DNA from: Spirochaetaceae bacterium
GTDB taxonomy: Bacteria; Spirochaetota; Spirochaetia; Treponematales; Breznakiellaceae
Length of the DNA stretch: 64,000 bases
Assembly: GCA_031262035.1 (NCBI GenBank)
Contig: JAISIL010000054.1
Span: forward strand, 23,425-87,424
Direction of reading: 5' to 3'
The position numbers were made by a program, and so were the translations under genes. Of the stretch, positions 55,589 through 64,000 are shown one piece after another (position 1 is the first letter of the stretch; each line of letters opens with the position of its first letter). The notes under the pieces are model-generated. The model saw nothing but the letters and a program-made list of their open reading frames with translations, was not told the origin of the DNA and did no database searches.

Positions 55589-56395
55589 GTTTCAGAACTG
55601 TTGTTACATATAGTAGTCTGGGCTTCATTCTTTATTACGATTACTGTTCTGCTGTATATCATTGGTTTTATTCTTGTGAAAGGGCTGCCGTATGTAAGAC
55701 CCTCATTATTTGCCTTGCATTATACCAGTGAAAATGTGTCATTGTTGCCGGCGCTTGTGTCTACAGTATTTATAACACTTATTTCGCTCCTTATAGCAGT
55801 TCCCCTGAGTGTGGGTGCGGCGGTGTATCTTGTTGAGTATGCAAAAAGGGGGAATCGGTTTGTGTCGCTGATTCGTATTACTACAGAAACCTTGGCCGGC
55901 ATTCCCTCCATTATCTACGGCCTTTTTGGTATGCTCTTTTTCGTGAGTTTTCTTCACTGGGGCTATTCGGTGCTGGCAGGAAGCCTTACCCTTTCGATAA
56001 TGATACTGCCCCTGGTTATCCGTTCTACAGAAGAAGCTTTGCTGGCCGTCTCGGATACCTGGCGGGAAGCTTCGCTTGCCCTGGGAGCCGGTAAGTTACG
56101 AACAGTGTTCAAGATTGTTCTTCCTGCGGCAAGGCCGGGCATACTTGCCGGTATCATTCTTGCTATTGGCCGCATCGTCGGCGAGACAGCCGCTCTTATC
56201 TACACGGCAGGCACCGTAGCGCAGATACCCTTTGGCCCGCTGCAATCGGCACGAACTCTGTCTGTGCACATGTATGCACTGTCCAGCGAAGGCCTGCATA
56301 CCGGTGAGGCATACGCTACAGCGGTAGTGCTGATGCTGCTCGTGATTGTAATTAATTCAATTTCAGCACGGCTTGCAAGAAATATAACAATATGA
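55583..56395 (+). CDS. pstA: Phosphate ABC transporter permease PstA
   Basis: GRIVGETAAL motif. The ATG at 55583 (MTVSELLLHIVVW...) is preferred, because the track start at 55493 would translate the repeat. Confidence 0.75.
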   Translation: MTVSELLLHIVVWASFFITITVLLYIIGFILVKGLPYVRPSLFALHYTSENVSLLPALVSTVFITLISLLIAVPLSVGAAVYLVEYAKRGNRFVSLIRITTETLAGIPSIIYGLFGMLFFVSFLHWGYSVLAGSLTLSIMILPLVIRSTEEALLAVSDTWREASLALGAGKLRTVFKIVLPAARPGILAGIILAIGRIVGETAALIYTAGTVAQIPFGPLQSARTLSVHMYALSSEGLHTGEAYATAVVLMLLVIVINSISARLARNITI

Positions 56396-56410
56396 TATAC
56401 TTAGAAGAAA

Positions 56411-58555
56411 ATGGCAAAAACCCGTCTTCGCCTTCGTATTTTTCTTCTCTTTTTGGTGATTGAACTTGCCGTCGCCCTGCTTGTTTCTGCTGCTTTCAGT
56501 GCCCGTTACTATTGGGATCTCCGGAAAATAGCGGATGTTCGATTACAGGAAACACTCAGTGTGGTTACAAGGCTCTATCCGATAATAGAAAAACCCGAAC
56601 AGTTTCTTGTAGAAGCGCAACAAAATAGCAATAAATATCAGGAAATCCGTGCACATCTTCTGGAAATAAGGCAGGCCTCTGATGTTACAGATATTTATAT
56701 CATTCTGGAACAGAATGGACAATACTGGTTTTTTGTCGATACCGGTGTATCAAATCTGAATAGAAATTCAAATGGTATTGCCATTTATGAAAAACCTGTC
56801 GATGCTTTTATGCAGTGTATTCAAAGTGGTGAACCTGTTTTTTCTAATCCTTACCGAAGTGAGCTTGGTGCATTTGTTTCCTATTTTATTCCGCTAAAAA
56901 ATACTTTGGGAAACACTATTGGCACCCTTGCTGCCGAGTATGATCTCGATGTTATTCAAGGTTTTGGCAATGAGGTGCTTCTTGCAAATTTTATCGCTTT
57001 GTTTGCCGCACTTGTGCTTTCAGTGCTGCTGTCCTGGTTTGCTTCCCGAAAAATGGCTGCCGATGAAGAGGCAAAACGCAATTTTCTTGCACGAATGAGC
57101 CATGAAATACGCAGTCCGATGAATGCTATTATCGGTGGTATTGAATTGATACGCACCGATAATCTTGATGATGTCCAGCGCGGCTATTTTGAGGATATTA
57201 GCACAATGTCACATGCATTGCTTGGTATAGTAAATGATGTTCTTGATTTTTCCAAGATTGATGCAGGAAAACTCAGCCTGAATCCGCTGCACTTTAATCT
57301 CTGGGCTCTTTTTGACAATGTAACAAGTATGAACCGTTATCTCAGCACTATGAAGGGGCTCGATTTTAAGGCAGAGCGTTCTGAAAATGTGCCACAGTTT
57401 ATGTATGCCGATGAAATTCGTATCAGACAGATTTTTACAAACCTGATTAGTAATGCTGTCAAGTATACCAAGACGGGGTTTGTGGAGATTGGTTTAAAAA
57501 TTAACCAGGCACCAGTAAGGGCGAATAATTATTCGCCCTTACTGGAATTTACCGTCCGGGATAGCGGCATTGGTATTAAGTCTGAGGATATTCCCCATGT
57601 TTTTGAAGCATTTACCCAGCTTGATGTGCAAAAGAACCGTGGTATTACCGGCACGGGGCTTGGGCTTCCTATTGTGAAACAACTGGTCGATATGATGGGC
57701 GGCAAGATAGAAATTGAAAGCATCTACGGTAAGGGTTCTTTATTCCGTGTGTTCCTGCCCTTTGTCGCAGGTGATGCAGCAGAGGTTCTGCCTGACACAG
57801 ATACTGTGCCGGCACTTGTCTTTAAGCCTGATAACAATCTGAAAATACTCGTGGTCGATGACCTTCCGGTAAACCTGACTATTGCGCTTGGTTTTTTGGC
57901 AAGGCACGGCCTTAGTGCCGATACTGCAAACAATGGCTATGAAGCTCTGGAAAAAGTAAAGAATCTGGTATTCCAGGGTGAACAATACGATTTGATTTTT
58001 ATGGACCACATGATGCCCGGCATGGATGGTATTGAAACATCGAAAAAAATACGGGAACTTGGGGTAGTAACTCCGATAATTGCATTGACTGCAAATGCTA
58101 TTGCAGGCGCACGGGAACTTTTTCTTTCAAATGGCATGAATGATTTTATTTCAAAGCCTATTTCTGACAGTGAATTGAACAGAATCCTGGTCGACTTTCT
58201 GCTTAAAAAAACAGGTAATAGCATAGAAGAAAACAGTGCAGATGAAACTGTAATAGAAAATAATGTATCATTTGAAGAGAGAATACAGCAATCGGTGAAG
58301 CGGGAATTGCCAAAAGAAAAAGAATTATTAAAAAAACTTTTTCAGGAGGAAGACTGGGAAAATTTTGGCATCAAGGCACATTCCTTAAAAGGCCTTTTTG
58401 CCCAGATTGCCGAAAACGATTTAAGTGAACAGGCAAAAGAACTTGAATTTGCTGCAAAAGAAGGCAATGTTGCCCTTTGTAAAGAAAAAACTGCTCCATT
58501 TATTACTGCAATGGAGACATATATAAAACAAATAGGAGAGAAAGAAAATGAGTGA
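56411..58555 (+). CDS. Hybrid sensor histidine kinase (periplasmic sensor + HisKA + HATPase + receiver + HPt)
   Basis: SHEIRSPMNAI H-box, GTGLGLPIV G-box, receiver ILVVDD...FMDHMMPGMDG...KP, and a C-terminal HSLKG HPt motif. Confidence 0.85.
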   Translation: MAKTRLRLRIFLLFLVIELAVALLVSAAFSARYYWDLRKIADVRLQETLSVVTRLYPIIEKPEQFLVEAQQNSNKYQEIRAHLLEIRQASDVTDIYIILEQNGQYWFFVDTGVSNLNRNSNGIAIYEKPVDAFMQCIQSGEPVFSNPYRSELGAFVSYFIPLKNTLGNTIGTLAAEYDLDVIQGFGNEVLLANFIALFAALVLSVLLSWFASRKMAADEEAKRNFLARMSHEIRSPMNAIIGGIELIRTDNLDDVQRGYFEDISTMSHALLGIVNDVLDFSKIDAGKLSLNPLHFNLWALFDNVTSMNRYLSTMKGLDFKAERSENVPQFMYADEIRIRQIFTNLISNAVKYTKTGFVEIGLKINQAPVRANNYSPLLEFTVRDSGIGIKSEDIPHVFEAFTQLDVQKNRGITGTGLGLPIVKQLVDMMGGKIEIESIYGKGSLFRVFLPFVAGDAAEVLPDTDTVPALVFKPDNNLKILVVDDLPVNLTIALGFLARHGLSADTANNGYEALEKVKNLVFQGEQYDLIFMDHMMPGMDGIETSKKIRELGVVTPIIALTANAIAGARELFLSNGMNDFISKPISDSELNRILVDFLLKKTGNSIEENSADETVIENNVSFEERIQQSVKRELPKEKELLKKLFQEEDWENFGIKAHSLKGLFAQIAENDLSEQAKELEFAAKEGNVALCKEKTAPFITAMETYIKQIGEKENE

Positions 58556-58961
58556 AAAAGGCGTTAATGAGGTAGAAGAATTTATAAGCACAAAGCCGAC
58601 TGATAAAAACATTCTGGTGCTCGATGATTCAGAGTTTATGCTGGATTATATCAATGAGACACTGCGATTCTTTTACACTATACATCTGGCACGCACACCA
58701 CTTGCCGCATTCGGCATGCTCCATAAAGCGCCGGTAGACCTTGCTCTTTTGGATATTGCCATGCCCGGCATGAATGGCCTTGAATTCTTTGAACATGCCA
58801 AAAAGGAAATCTATTATCAGAACACAAAAACTATTTTTATTACATCATCTGCCGATTCTGAAAATGTCCGAAAGGCTTTACTGCTTGGTGCTGATGGCTA
58901 TATACTAAAGCCATTTGAAGCCTCTGCATTGTTGGCCAAGGTAAAAGAAGTGCTTGGCTAA
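58548..58961 (+). CDS. Stand-alone receiver-domain response regulator (CheY-like)
   Basis: ILVLDDS...LLDIAMPGMNG...ILKPF. Overlaps the kinase stop by 8 nt. Confidence 0.8.
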   Translation: MSEKGVNEVEEFISTKPTDKNILVLDDSEFMLDYINETLRFFYTIHLARTPLAAFGMLHKAPVDLALLDIAMPGMNGLEFFEHAKKEIYYQNTKTIFITSSADSENVRKALLLGADGYILKPFEASALLAKVKEVLG

Positions 58962-59032
58962 GTGCTGTAAATTTTACCTGAATTTTACATATACTACATC
59001 TGTTTTTCACACTGTTCTGCTAGCATAGCTAT

Positions 59033-59788
59033 ATGCAAGATTTTGTTTTTGAAATTACTAATCTCGATTTATACTATAGTTCATTACAGGCACTGAAAAA
59101 CATCAATCTGAGTATTGAAAAGAACAGGATTTGTGCACTGATTGGGCCATCGGGCTGCGGGAAAAGCACCCTGCTTAAAACGCTGAACCGTATGAATGAC
59201 CTTGTTGAAGGCTGCCGCATCGAAGGCCGTGTGTTGCTTTTTGGTGAAGATATTTTTACAAACACTGATGTGAGCATGCTGCGAAAACGTGTCGGCATGG
59301 TGTTTCAGAAACCCAATCCTTTTCCGATGAGCATATACGATAATATTGCCTTCGGCCCCCGCACCCACGGCATTAAAACCCGTTATGAATTGGACGGCAT
59401 TGTCGAAACAGCCTTAAAAAATGCAGCTATTTGGGATGAAGTAAAGGATAGGCTGAAGAAATCAGCGCTTGGTCTTTCCGGCGGCCAACAGCAGCGGCTA
59501 TGTATTGCTCGTGCCCTGGCCGTTCTGCCCGAAGCCCTTCTTCTTGACGAACCAACCAGCGCCCTTGACCCTATTTCTACAGCAAAAATTGAAGAACTGC
59601 TCCTTGACTTAAAAAAACAATACCATATAATAATTGTAACACATAATATGCAGCAGGCTTCAAGGATTAGTGATACGGCAGCCTTCTTGCTAAACGGCGA
59701 GTTAGTCGAAGCGGGCACTACAAAACAAATATTTACTTCACCTGCCGATATGCGCACAGAAAATTATATAAGAGGAAGGTTTGGGTAA
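59033..59788 (+). CDS. pstB: Phosphate ABC transporter ATP-binding protein
   Basis: [34 protein letters not shown] and the PstB-type C-terminus YIRGRFG. Confidence 0.9.
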   Translation: MQDFVFEITNLDLYYSSLQALKNINLSIEKNRICALIGPSGCGKSTLLKTLNRMNDLVEGCRIEGRVLLFGEDIFTNTDVSMLRKRVGMVFQKPNPFPMSIYDNIAFGPRTHGIKTRYELDGIVETALKNAAIWDEVKDRLKKSALGLSGGQQQRLCIARALAVLPEALLLDEPTSALDPISTAKIEELLLDLKKQYHIIIVTHNMQQASRISDTAAFLLNGELVEAGTTKQIFTSPADMRTENYIRGRFG

Positions 59789-59793
59789 GTAGC

Positions 59794-59817
59794 AAGGAGT
59801 AAGGAGTAAGGAGTAGG
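59794..59817 (+). promoter_or_regulatory. Three tandem AAGGAGT units (triple Shine-Dalgarno-like array) before the TTG start of the response regulator
   Basis: AAGGAGTAAGGAGTAAGGAGTAGGA read directly from the sequence. The TTG lies at 59821. Confidence 0.6.
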
Positions 59818-59820
59818 ATT

Positions 59821-60576
59821 TTGAGTAAGATATATGTTGTAGAGGATGATGATAATATTCGGGGGATGCTTTTGTATGCTTTGAAGTCGTCGGGGTTTGA
59901 GGCGGAAGGTTTTGTTGATGGCACATCATTCTTTGATGTACTGAAAACCAAGCCTTGCGATTTGGTTTTGTTGGATATTATGCTTCCCGGTGAAGATGGG
60001 ATTATGATACTAAAAAAAATCAGGCGCAGCAGTTCGCGGATTGCTGGTGTTTCACTTGCTGATATACCGGTAATTATGCTCACTGCAAAAGGCGCTGAAT
60101 ACGATAAAATAAAAGGCCTCGACCTGGGAGCCGACGACTACATCACCAAACCCTTTTCGGTAATGGAAGTAATTTCCCGCATAAAAGCCGTGCTAAGACG
60201 CAGCACAACTAACACAAAAAATAATGCAGAGGAAATTGAGCTGAGTGTTGGAATCATCACCTTAAACACTGAAAAACGCTCAGTATCGCTAACAACTCCC
60301 CCCTCGGTGGTTGAGCCTGTCGAAACCACCACCACTGAAACCACCACCCCCAATCTTACCTACAAAGAATTTGAACTCCTCGCCTGCCTGATGCGAAACA
60401 CCGGTATTGTGCTAAGCCGCGATAAATTGCTCGAAAAGGTCTGGGGACAGGATACCATGATTGATACACGCACCGTTGATATGCACATAAAAACACTTCG
60501 CCAAAAACTCGGCCTTGCCGGGGGGCAGATAAAAACAATCCGCAATGTCGGTTATAAAATTGAGGTTGAACAATGA
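59821..60576 (+). CDS. phoB: OmpR/PhoB-family response regulator carrying an in-frame repeat insertion
   Basis: Receiver (VVEDDD...LLDIMLPGEDG...TKPF) plus a winged-helix domain (LTYKEFELL...VGYK). TTG start. Located next to the pst genes. Confidence 0.7.
   Translation: MSKIYVVEDDDNIRGMLLYALKSSGFEAEGFVDGTSFFDVLKTKPCDLVLLDIMLPGEDGIMILKKIRRSSSRIAGVSLADIPVIMLTAKGAEYDKIKGLDLGADDYITKPFSVMEVISRIKAVLRRSTTNTKNNAEEIELSVGIITLNTEKRSVSLTTPPSVVEPVETTTTETTTPNLTYKEFELLACLMRNTGIVLSRDKLLEKVWGQDTMIDTRTVDMHIKTLRQKLGLAGGQIKTIRNVGYKIEVEQ
60306..60330 (+). repeat. Single arm of the GGTTGAGCCTGTCGAAACC element inside the response-regulator CDS
   Basis: GGTGGTTGAGCCTGTCGAAACCACC is translated as VVEPVETT. The first 24 nt are identical to 55533-55556. 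Confidence 0.85.
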
Positions 60577-61934
60577 GAAAAAAGATATTTCGCAGTATGG
60601 CAGCCCTTATCACTTGTAGTTTAGTTATTACATCACTAATACTCTGCACAGTGTTTTACTACTATTACTCAAATACCATATATACTTCGATTAAAGAAAA
60701 GGCCGAACATTTTCACGGCACAAGCTTTGCAGAGTCGGCCAAAGTTCTCGATGATATATCTCCTGCCGAAATGCGCATTACCATTGTAGCGCCTACAGGC
60801 ACAGTCCTTTACGACAATACCCATAACATTGCCGCCATGGCAAACCACCTCGACCGTGATGAAATCGAAGAAGCCCTTGCCAGTGGGGCAGGGGAAGCAA
60901 TCCGTTTCTCAGACACCCTCGACGAAGAAACATGGTATTATGCCATTCGCATGGCCGATGGGAATGTGCTCCGTGCCTCAAAAACAACAAGTAATATTTT
61001 TTCGCTCTATGCACAAATGATACCTGTTATCATTTTAATCATAATCGGCATGATAATAGCCGGTGATTTTGTTGCAGGTAAATTAACCGAACGAATTGTC
61101 CGTCCTATGAACGATGCCAGGCTCGACGGTGAATATATCCCGCCCTATGATGAACTGGCCCCCTTCGCTGAAAAAATTGCCGAACAAAAAAGGCAAATCA
61201 AACAGCAGTTTCTCGAACTGGAAGAATCGGCAAAACTCCGCCGTGAATTTTCTGCCAATGTATCCCATGAACTAAAGACCCCGCTTACTACCATTGCCGG
61301 CTATGCAGAAATGCTCGACACCGGCATGGTCGGGGAGGCAGACAAAAAAGAGGCAGCCGAAAAAATACATGCCGAGTCTCTTCGTATGATAGCCCTTATA
61401 GACGACATCATCAAACTTTCCCATCTTGATGAAGCAAGCACACTTGATATGTCTGCAGGTGGCGCCGTATTCGAAAACATCAATCTCAGTGATATAGCCG
61501 AAGAGGTCTGCAAAACGCTGGAACAAAAAGCGCAGAGCATGAATGTCAGTCTTACATTGCTTGCCGGCAATGACATCTGCATCAATGCCAATGCCTCAAT
61601 GGTGCAGGAATTATTGTTCAACCTTGTCGAAAATGCCATCAAATACAATAAACCCGGCGGCACGGTTAGCCTCGAAATCAAGCAATTTATCGACTGTGTC
61701 CGTGTCGAAGTCCGCGATACCGGCATCGGCATCCCCGAAGCCGACCAGGGGCATGTCTTCGACCGCTTTTACCGGGTAGATAAATCCCGTTCCCGCACTC
61801 AAGGCCCGCAAGCCGGCGGCACAGGTCTCGGCCTCGCCATCGTCAAACACATTGCCCTCCTCCACAAGGCCAAACTCAATCTGGAAAGCCAGGAAGGGCA
61901 GGGAACAACAATCTCTATCGAATTCCCCACTTGA
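60573..61934 (+). CDS. phoR: PhoR-like sensor histidine kinase
   Basis: Two TM helices, H-box FSANVSHELKTPLT, and a GTGLGLAIVKH G-box. ATGA overlap with the regulator gene. Confidence 0.7.
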   Translation: MRKKIFRSMAALITCSLVITSLILCTVFYYYYSNTIYTSIKEKAEHFHGTSFAESAKVLDDISPAEMRITIVAPTGTVLYDNTHNIAAMANHLDRDEIEEALASGAGEAIRFSDTLDEETWYYAIRMADGNVLRASKTTSNIFSLYAQMIPVIILIIIGMIIAGDFVAGKLTERIVRPMNDARLDGEYIPPYDELAPFAEKIAEQKRQIKQQFLELEESAKLRREFSANVSHELKTPLTTIAGYAEMLDTGMVGEADKKEAAEKIHAESLRMIALIDDIIKLSHLDEASTLDMSAGGAVFENINLSDIAEEVCKTLEQKAQSMNVSLTLLAGNDICINANASMVQELLFNLVENAIKYNKPGGTVSLEIKQFIDCVRVEVRDTGIGIPEADQGHVFDRFYRVDKSRSRTQGPQAGGTGLGLAIVKHIALLHKAKLNLESQEGQGTTISIEFPT

Positions 61935-61994
61935 CAATATTTATTCTTTTTTCTATACTTTTGTATATACTTAATTTTTAATAGGAGTTTATCT

Positions 61995-62558
61995 ATGATA
62001 CGTGGTGGAGACATTGTCAAGGGAAGCTGCCTTTTGCAGAACGGGCAGCCTTTTATCGTTGTTGAACGGGAGTTCCATAATCCCGGCAAGGGCACATCGG
62101 TTGCCCGCATTAAAATGAAGGGAATCAAAGACGGCAGGGTGCTTTCGCTCACTGTTCCTACGCAGCAGGAAGTTGAAGACGCCGAGGTCGAGGTTATAAA
62201 GGCACAGTATCAGTATGCCGACCAGGACGCCTATCACTTTATGGATACTGATACCTACGAGCAGCACGATGTCCCGGTAGAAAATCATGAGGACAAAAAA
62301 CTCTACCTGCAGGAAGGCGAAAGCTACGAGCTGACCATCTTTGAAGGCGAAGTTATCGATATAAAAATTCCCTACAAGGTCGTGTTTACCGTTGAGCAGA
62401 GCGAAAATGCCGTAAAGGGCGATTCTGTTTCCAATAATACCAAGCCGATAACCACAGAAACCGGCCTTGTTGTCAAAGTGCCCCTCTTTATCAAGCAGGG
62501 CGAAAAAATTCTTGTTAATACTGAAACAAACGAATACCTGGAAAGGGTTAATTCTTAA
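61995..62558 (+). CDS. efp: Elongation factor P
   Basis: 187 aa. ...FHNPGKGTSVARIKMKG... (the conserved modified-Lys loop). Confidence 0.9.
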   Translation: MIRGGDIVKGSCLLQNGQPFIVVEREFHNPGKGTSVARIKMKGIKDGRVLSLTVPTQQEVEDAEVEVIKAQYQYADQDAYHFMDTDTYEQHDVPVENHEDKKLYLQEGESYELTIFEGEVIDIKIPYKVVFTVEQSENAVKGDSVSNNTKPITTETGLVVKVPLFIKQGEKILVNTETNEYLERVNS

Positions 62559-62571
62559 TCAGCTACCTATT

Positions 62572-62607
62572 AAAAAAAATCCCCTCCCACTTGCGGGAGG
62601 GGATTTT
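62572..62607. terminator. Bidirectional intrinsic terminator between efp and the convergent lipoprotein gene
   Basis: A8-TCCCCTCCC-ACTTGC-GGGAGGGGA-TTTT. Confidence 0.75.
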
Positions 62608-62622
62608 CTAGACTGTCAGCAA

Positions 62623-63129
62623 TTACTGCACTGTTGCGGTGAAAACCGTGGGGGTGAGAGTAATCCAACCACCGGTCACAACAGCTTCGCTTACGCCTTC
62701 TGCTGTCATTGCCTGGAAAGCAATTGATGTTTCGCCTTTTGTATCCTTTGTTATCGGAACTTCAACCGTGGCGCTGAATGGTGTGCCTGCTTTAATGTCT
62801 GTTGTAACAGCCAGGTATTCAGACAATTCGCCCCACCAGTTTGCTGCTTCCGATGTATCAACAACCACTACTTGTAAGTAAGGAATGTCTGTATCGGATG
62901 TGCCGTCAAGAGTAATAGTTACCGTCTGGCCTTTTGTAACCTTTGGTAGCATATTCTTCGCGGTAGCCTGGTTGTTCGAACCCCATGGACCGCTACCATA
63001 AGTCATTAACAGCGGTTTAACGGCAGGTGCTGCCTTTGATGCAGATGCTCCTGCTGCCGGTGCCGACGCGCAACTTGCAATGCAGAACAGTGCTGCAAGC
63101 GACAACAATACGACAAATAATTTCTTCAT
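62623..63129 (-). CDS. Hypothetical lipoprotein
   Basis: 168 aa, lipobox CIASC. Confidence 0.6.
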   Translation of the reverse strand: MKKLFVVLLSLAALFCIASCASAPAAGASASKAAPAVKPLLMTYGSGPWGSNNQATAKNMLPKVTKGQTVTITLDGTSDTDIPYLQVVVVDTSEAANWWGELSEYLAVTTDIKAGTPFSATVEVPITKDTKGETSIAFQAMTAEGVSEAVVTGGWITLTPTVFTATVQ

Positions 63130-63232
63130 AATAATACCCTCCTTCAGGTAAGAAGATAGTAAATGATAGCATTTCTTTTGAATCTTGTCAAGCCCACTTG
63201 CATCAAATCTATTTTTTTATTAGAATAAAAAT

Positions 63233-64000
63233 ATGCGAACACTTGCAAAGGAAATAGCCGCTGCCGCAAAAGAGCGGCCTGATGATATATTGGAACTCAA
63301 AGGATGGGTTCATCGTATACGGGACATGGGCGGGGTTAATTTTGTCATATTACGCGACCGCTCAGGCCTTGTTCAATTGGTCTTTAACGAAAAACCGCTG
63401 GACGAGGCGGGCAATCCCCTGACCCTCGAATCGGCTATTGTTGTGCAGGGAAAGGCAGCCTTAAACCCCAAGGCGCCCGGCGGGGCGGAAGTGCAGGTGG
63501 TTTCGACAGGCTCAAGCACCGAAGGGCTTACTATTCTGAATAAGGCTCACGGGGATTTACCCTTTCAGGTGAATGGCGATATGACAAAGATGGGGCTCGA
63601 GTCAATTCTTGATAATCGGGCGCTCTCTGTGCGCAATCCGAAAATCCGTTCGATTTTTCATGTGCAATCTACTATTATAGAAGCATTTTCAAGCTATCTG
63701 CGGAGTCAGGATTTTACTGAAATCAAGACAACAAAGCTGGTCGGTGGCGGTACCGAGGGGGGAACAAATCTTTTTGCTGTCGATTATTTTGACCGCAAGG
63801 TCTATCTTGCCCAGTCTCCCCAGTTGTATAAGCAGATTATGGTAGCAAGCGGGCTTGAGCGGGTCTTCGAGGTAGCTCCGGCCTTTCGTGCCGAAAAACA
63901 TGATACGCCGCGCCACTTGAACGAATATATTTCGCTCGATGTCGAGATGGGCTTTATCGATTCTGAACAGGATTTGATTAAGCTTGAACGGGGCCTTCTC
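63233..64000 (+). CDS. aspS: Aspartate--tRNA ligase, archaeal/type-2 form (3' end beyond window)
   Basis: My own translation from the ATG at 63233: MRTLAKEI...VHRIRDMGGVNFVILRDRSG..., class II motif FRAEKHDTPRHLNEYISLDVEM. The ORF runs off the right edge. Confidence 0.8.
   Translation, partial: MRTLAKEIAAAAKERPDDILELKGWVHRIRDMGGVNFVILRDRSGLVQLVFNEKPLDEAGNPLTLESAIVVQGKAALNPKAPGGAEVQVVSTGSSTEGLTILNKAHGDLPFQVNGDMTKMGLESILDNRALSVRNPKIRSIFHVQSTIIEAFSSYLRSQDFTEIKTTKLVGGGTEGGTNLFAVDYFDRKVYLAQSPQLYKQIMVASGLERVFEVAPAFRAEKHDTPRHLNEYISLDVEMGFIDSEQDLIKLERGLL
63497..63520 (-). repeat. Single arm of the GGTTGAGCCTGTCGAAACC element (opposite orientation) inside aspS
   Basis: The reverse complement, GGTGCTTGAGCCTGTCGAAACCACC, differs by one base from the 60306 copy. 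It is translated as VSTGSSTEG. Confidence 0.8.

Overview
This 64-kb window looks like a chromosomal segment from a spirochaete, possibly Treponema-like. That assignment is low-confidence and rests on lipoprotein density, a T. denticola-type Rpn/PD-(D/E)xK 'putative transposase' and an archaeal-type AspRS.

Housekeeping blocks, in order:
- 1-4.6 kb: Opp/Dpp-type peptide ABC importer.
- About 5.8 kb: tRNA-Pro(GGG).
- 6-11.8 kb: mgtC-family gene, glgP, a GH3 hexosaminidase and radA.
- 46-53.7 kb: OmpA-family protein, a PRTase, xylB-like kinase, oadGAB Na+-pumping oxaloacetate decarboxylase and mntP.
- 53.8-64 kb: pstSCA, a hybrid histidine kinase and CheY-like regulator, pstB, phoB/phoR-like genes, efp and the start of aspS.

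Accessory content:
- 11.9-24.3 kb: a tandem array of five paralogous lipoproteins. They share an N-terminal module. Four carry a beta-helix-like C-terminus, and one carries FN3 plus an HEFQH metalloprotease instead.
- 26.8-46 kb: a patchy AT-rich island. It holds two orphan AAA/PD-(D/E)xK-type ATPases, a GNAT, an Rpn nuclease, toxin-antitoxin genes and debris, a coiled-coil/Zn-ribbon plus Sel1 pair, and a six-gene lipoprotein/NlpC-P60 envelope operon.
- The same island carries three copies of a divergent 'promoter plus XRE' module, each heading a different secreted-protein cargo.

The window also contains at least four families of short palindromic repeats. Several sit inside reading frames or supply start or stop codons.

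I saw no rRNA, CRISPR array, integrase, reverse transcriptase or classical IS transposase. All homology calls come from motif recognition by eye, and no searches were run.
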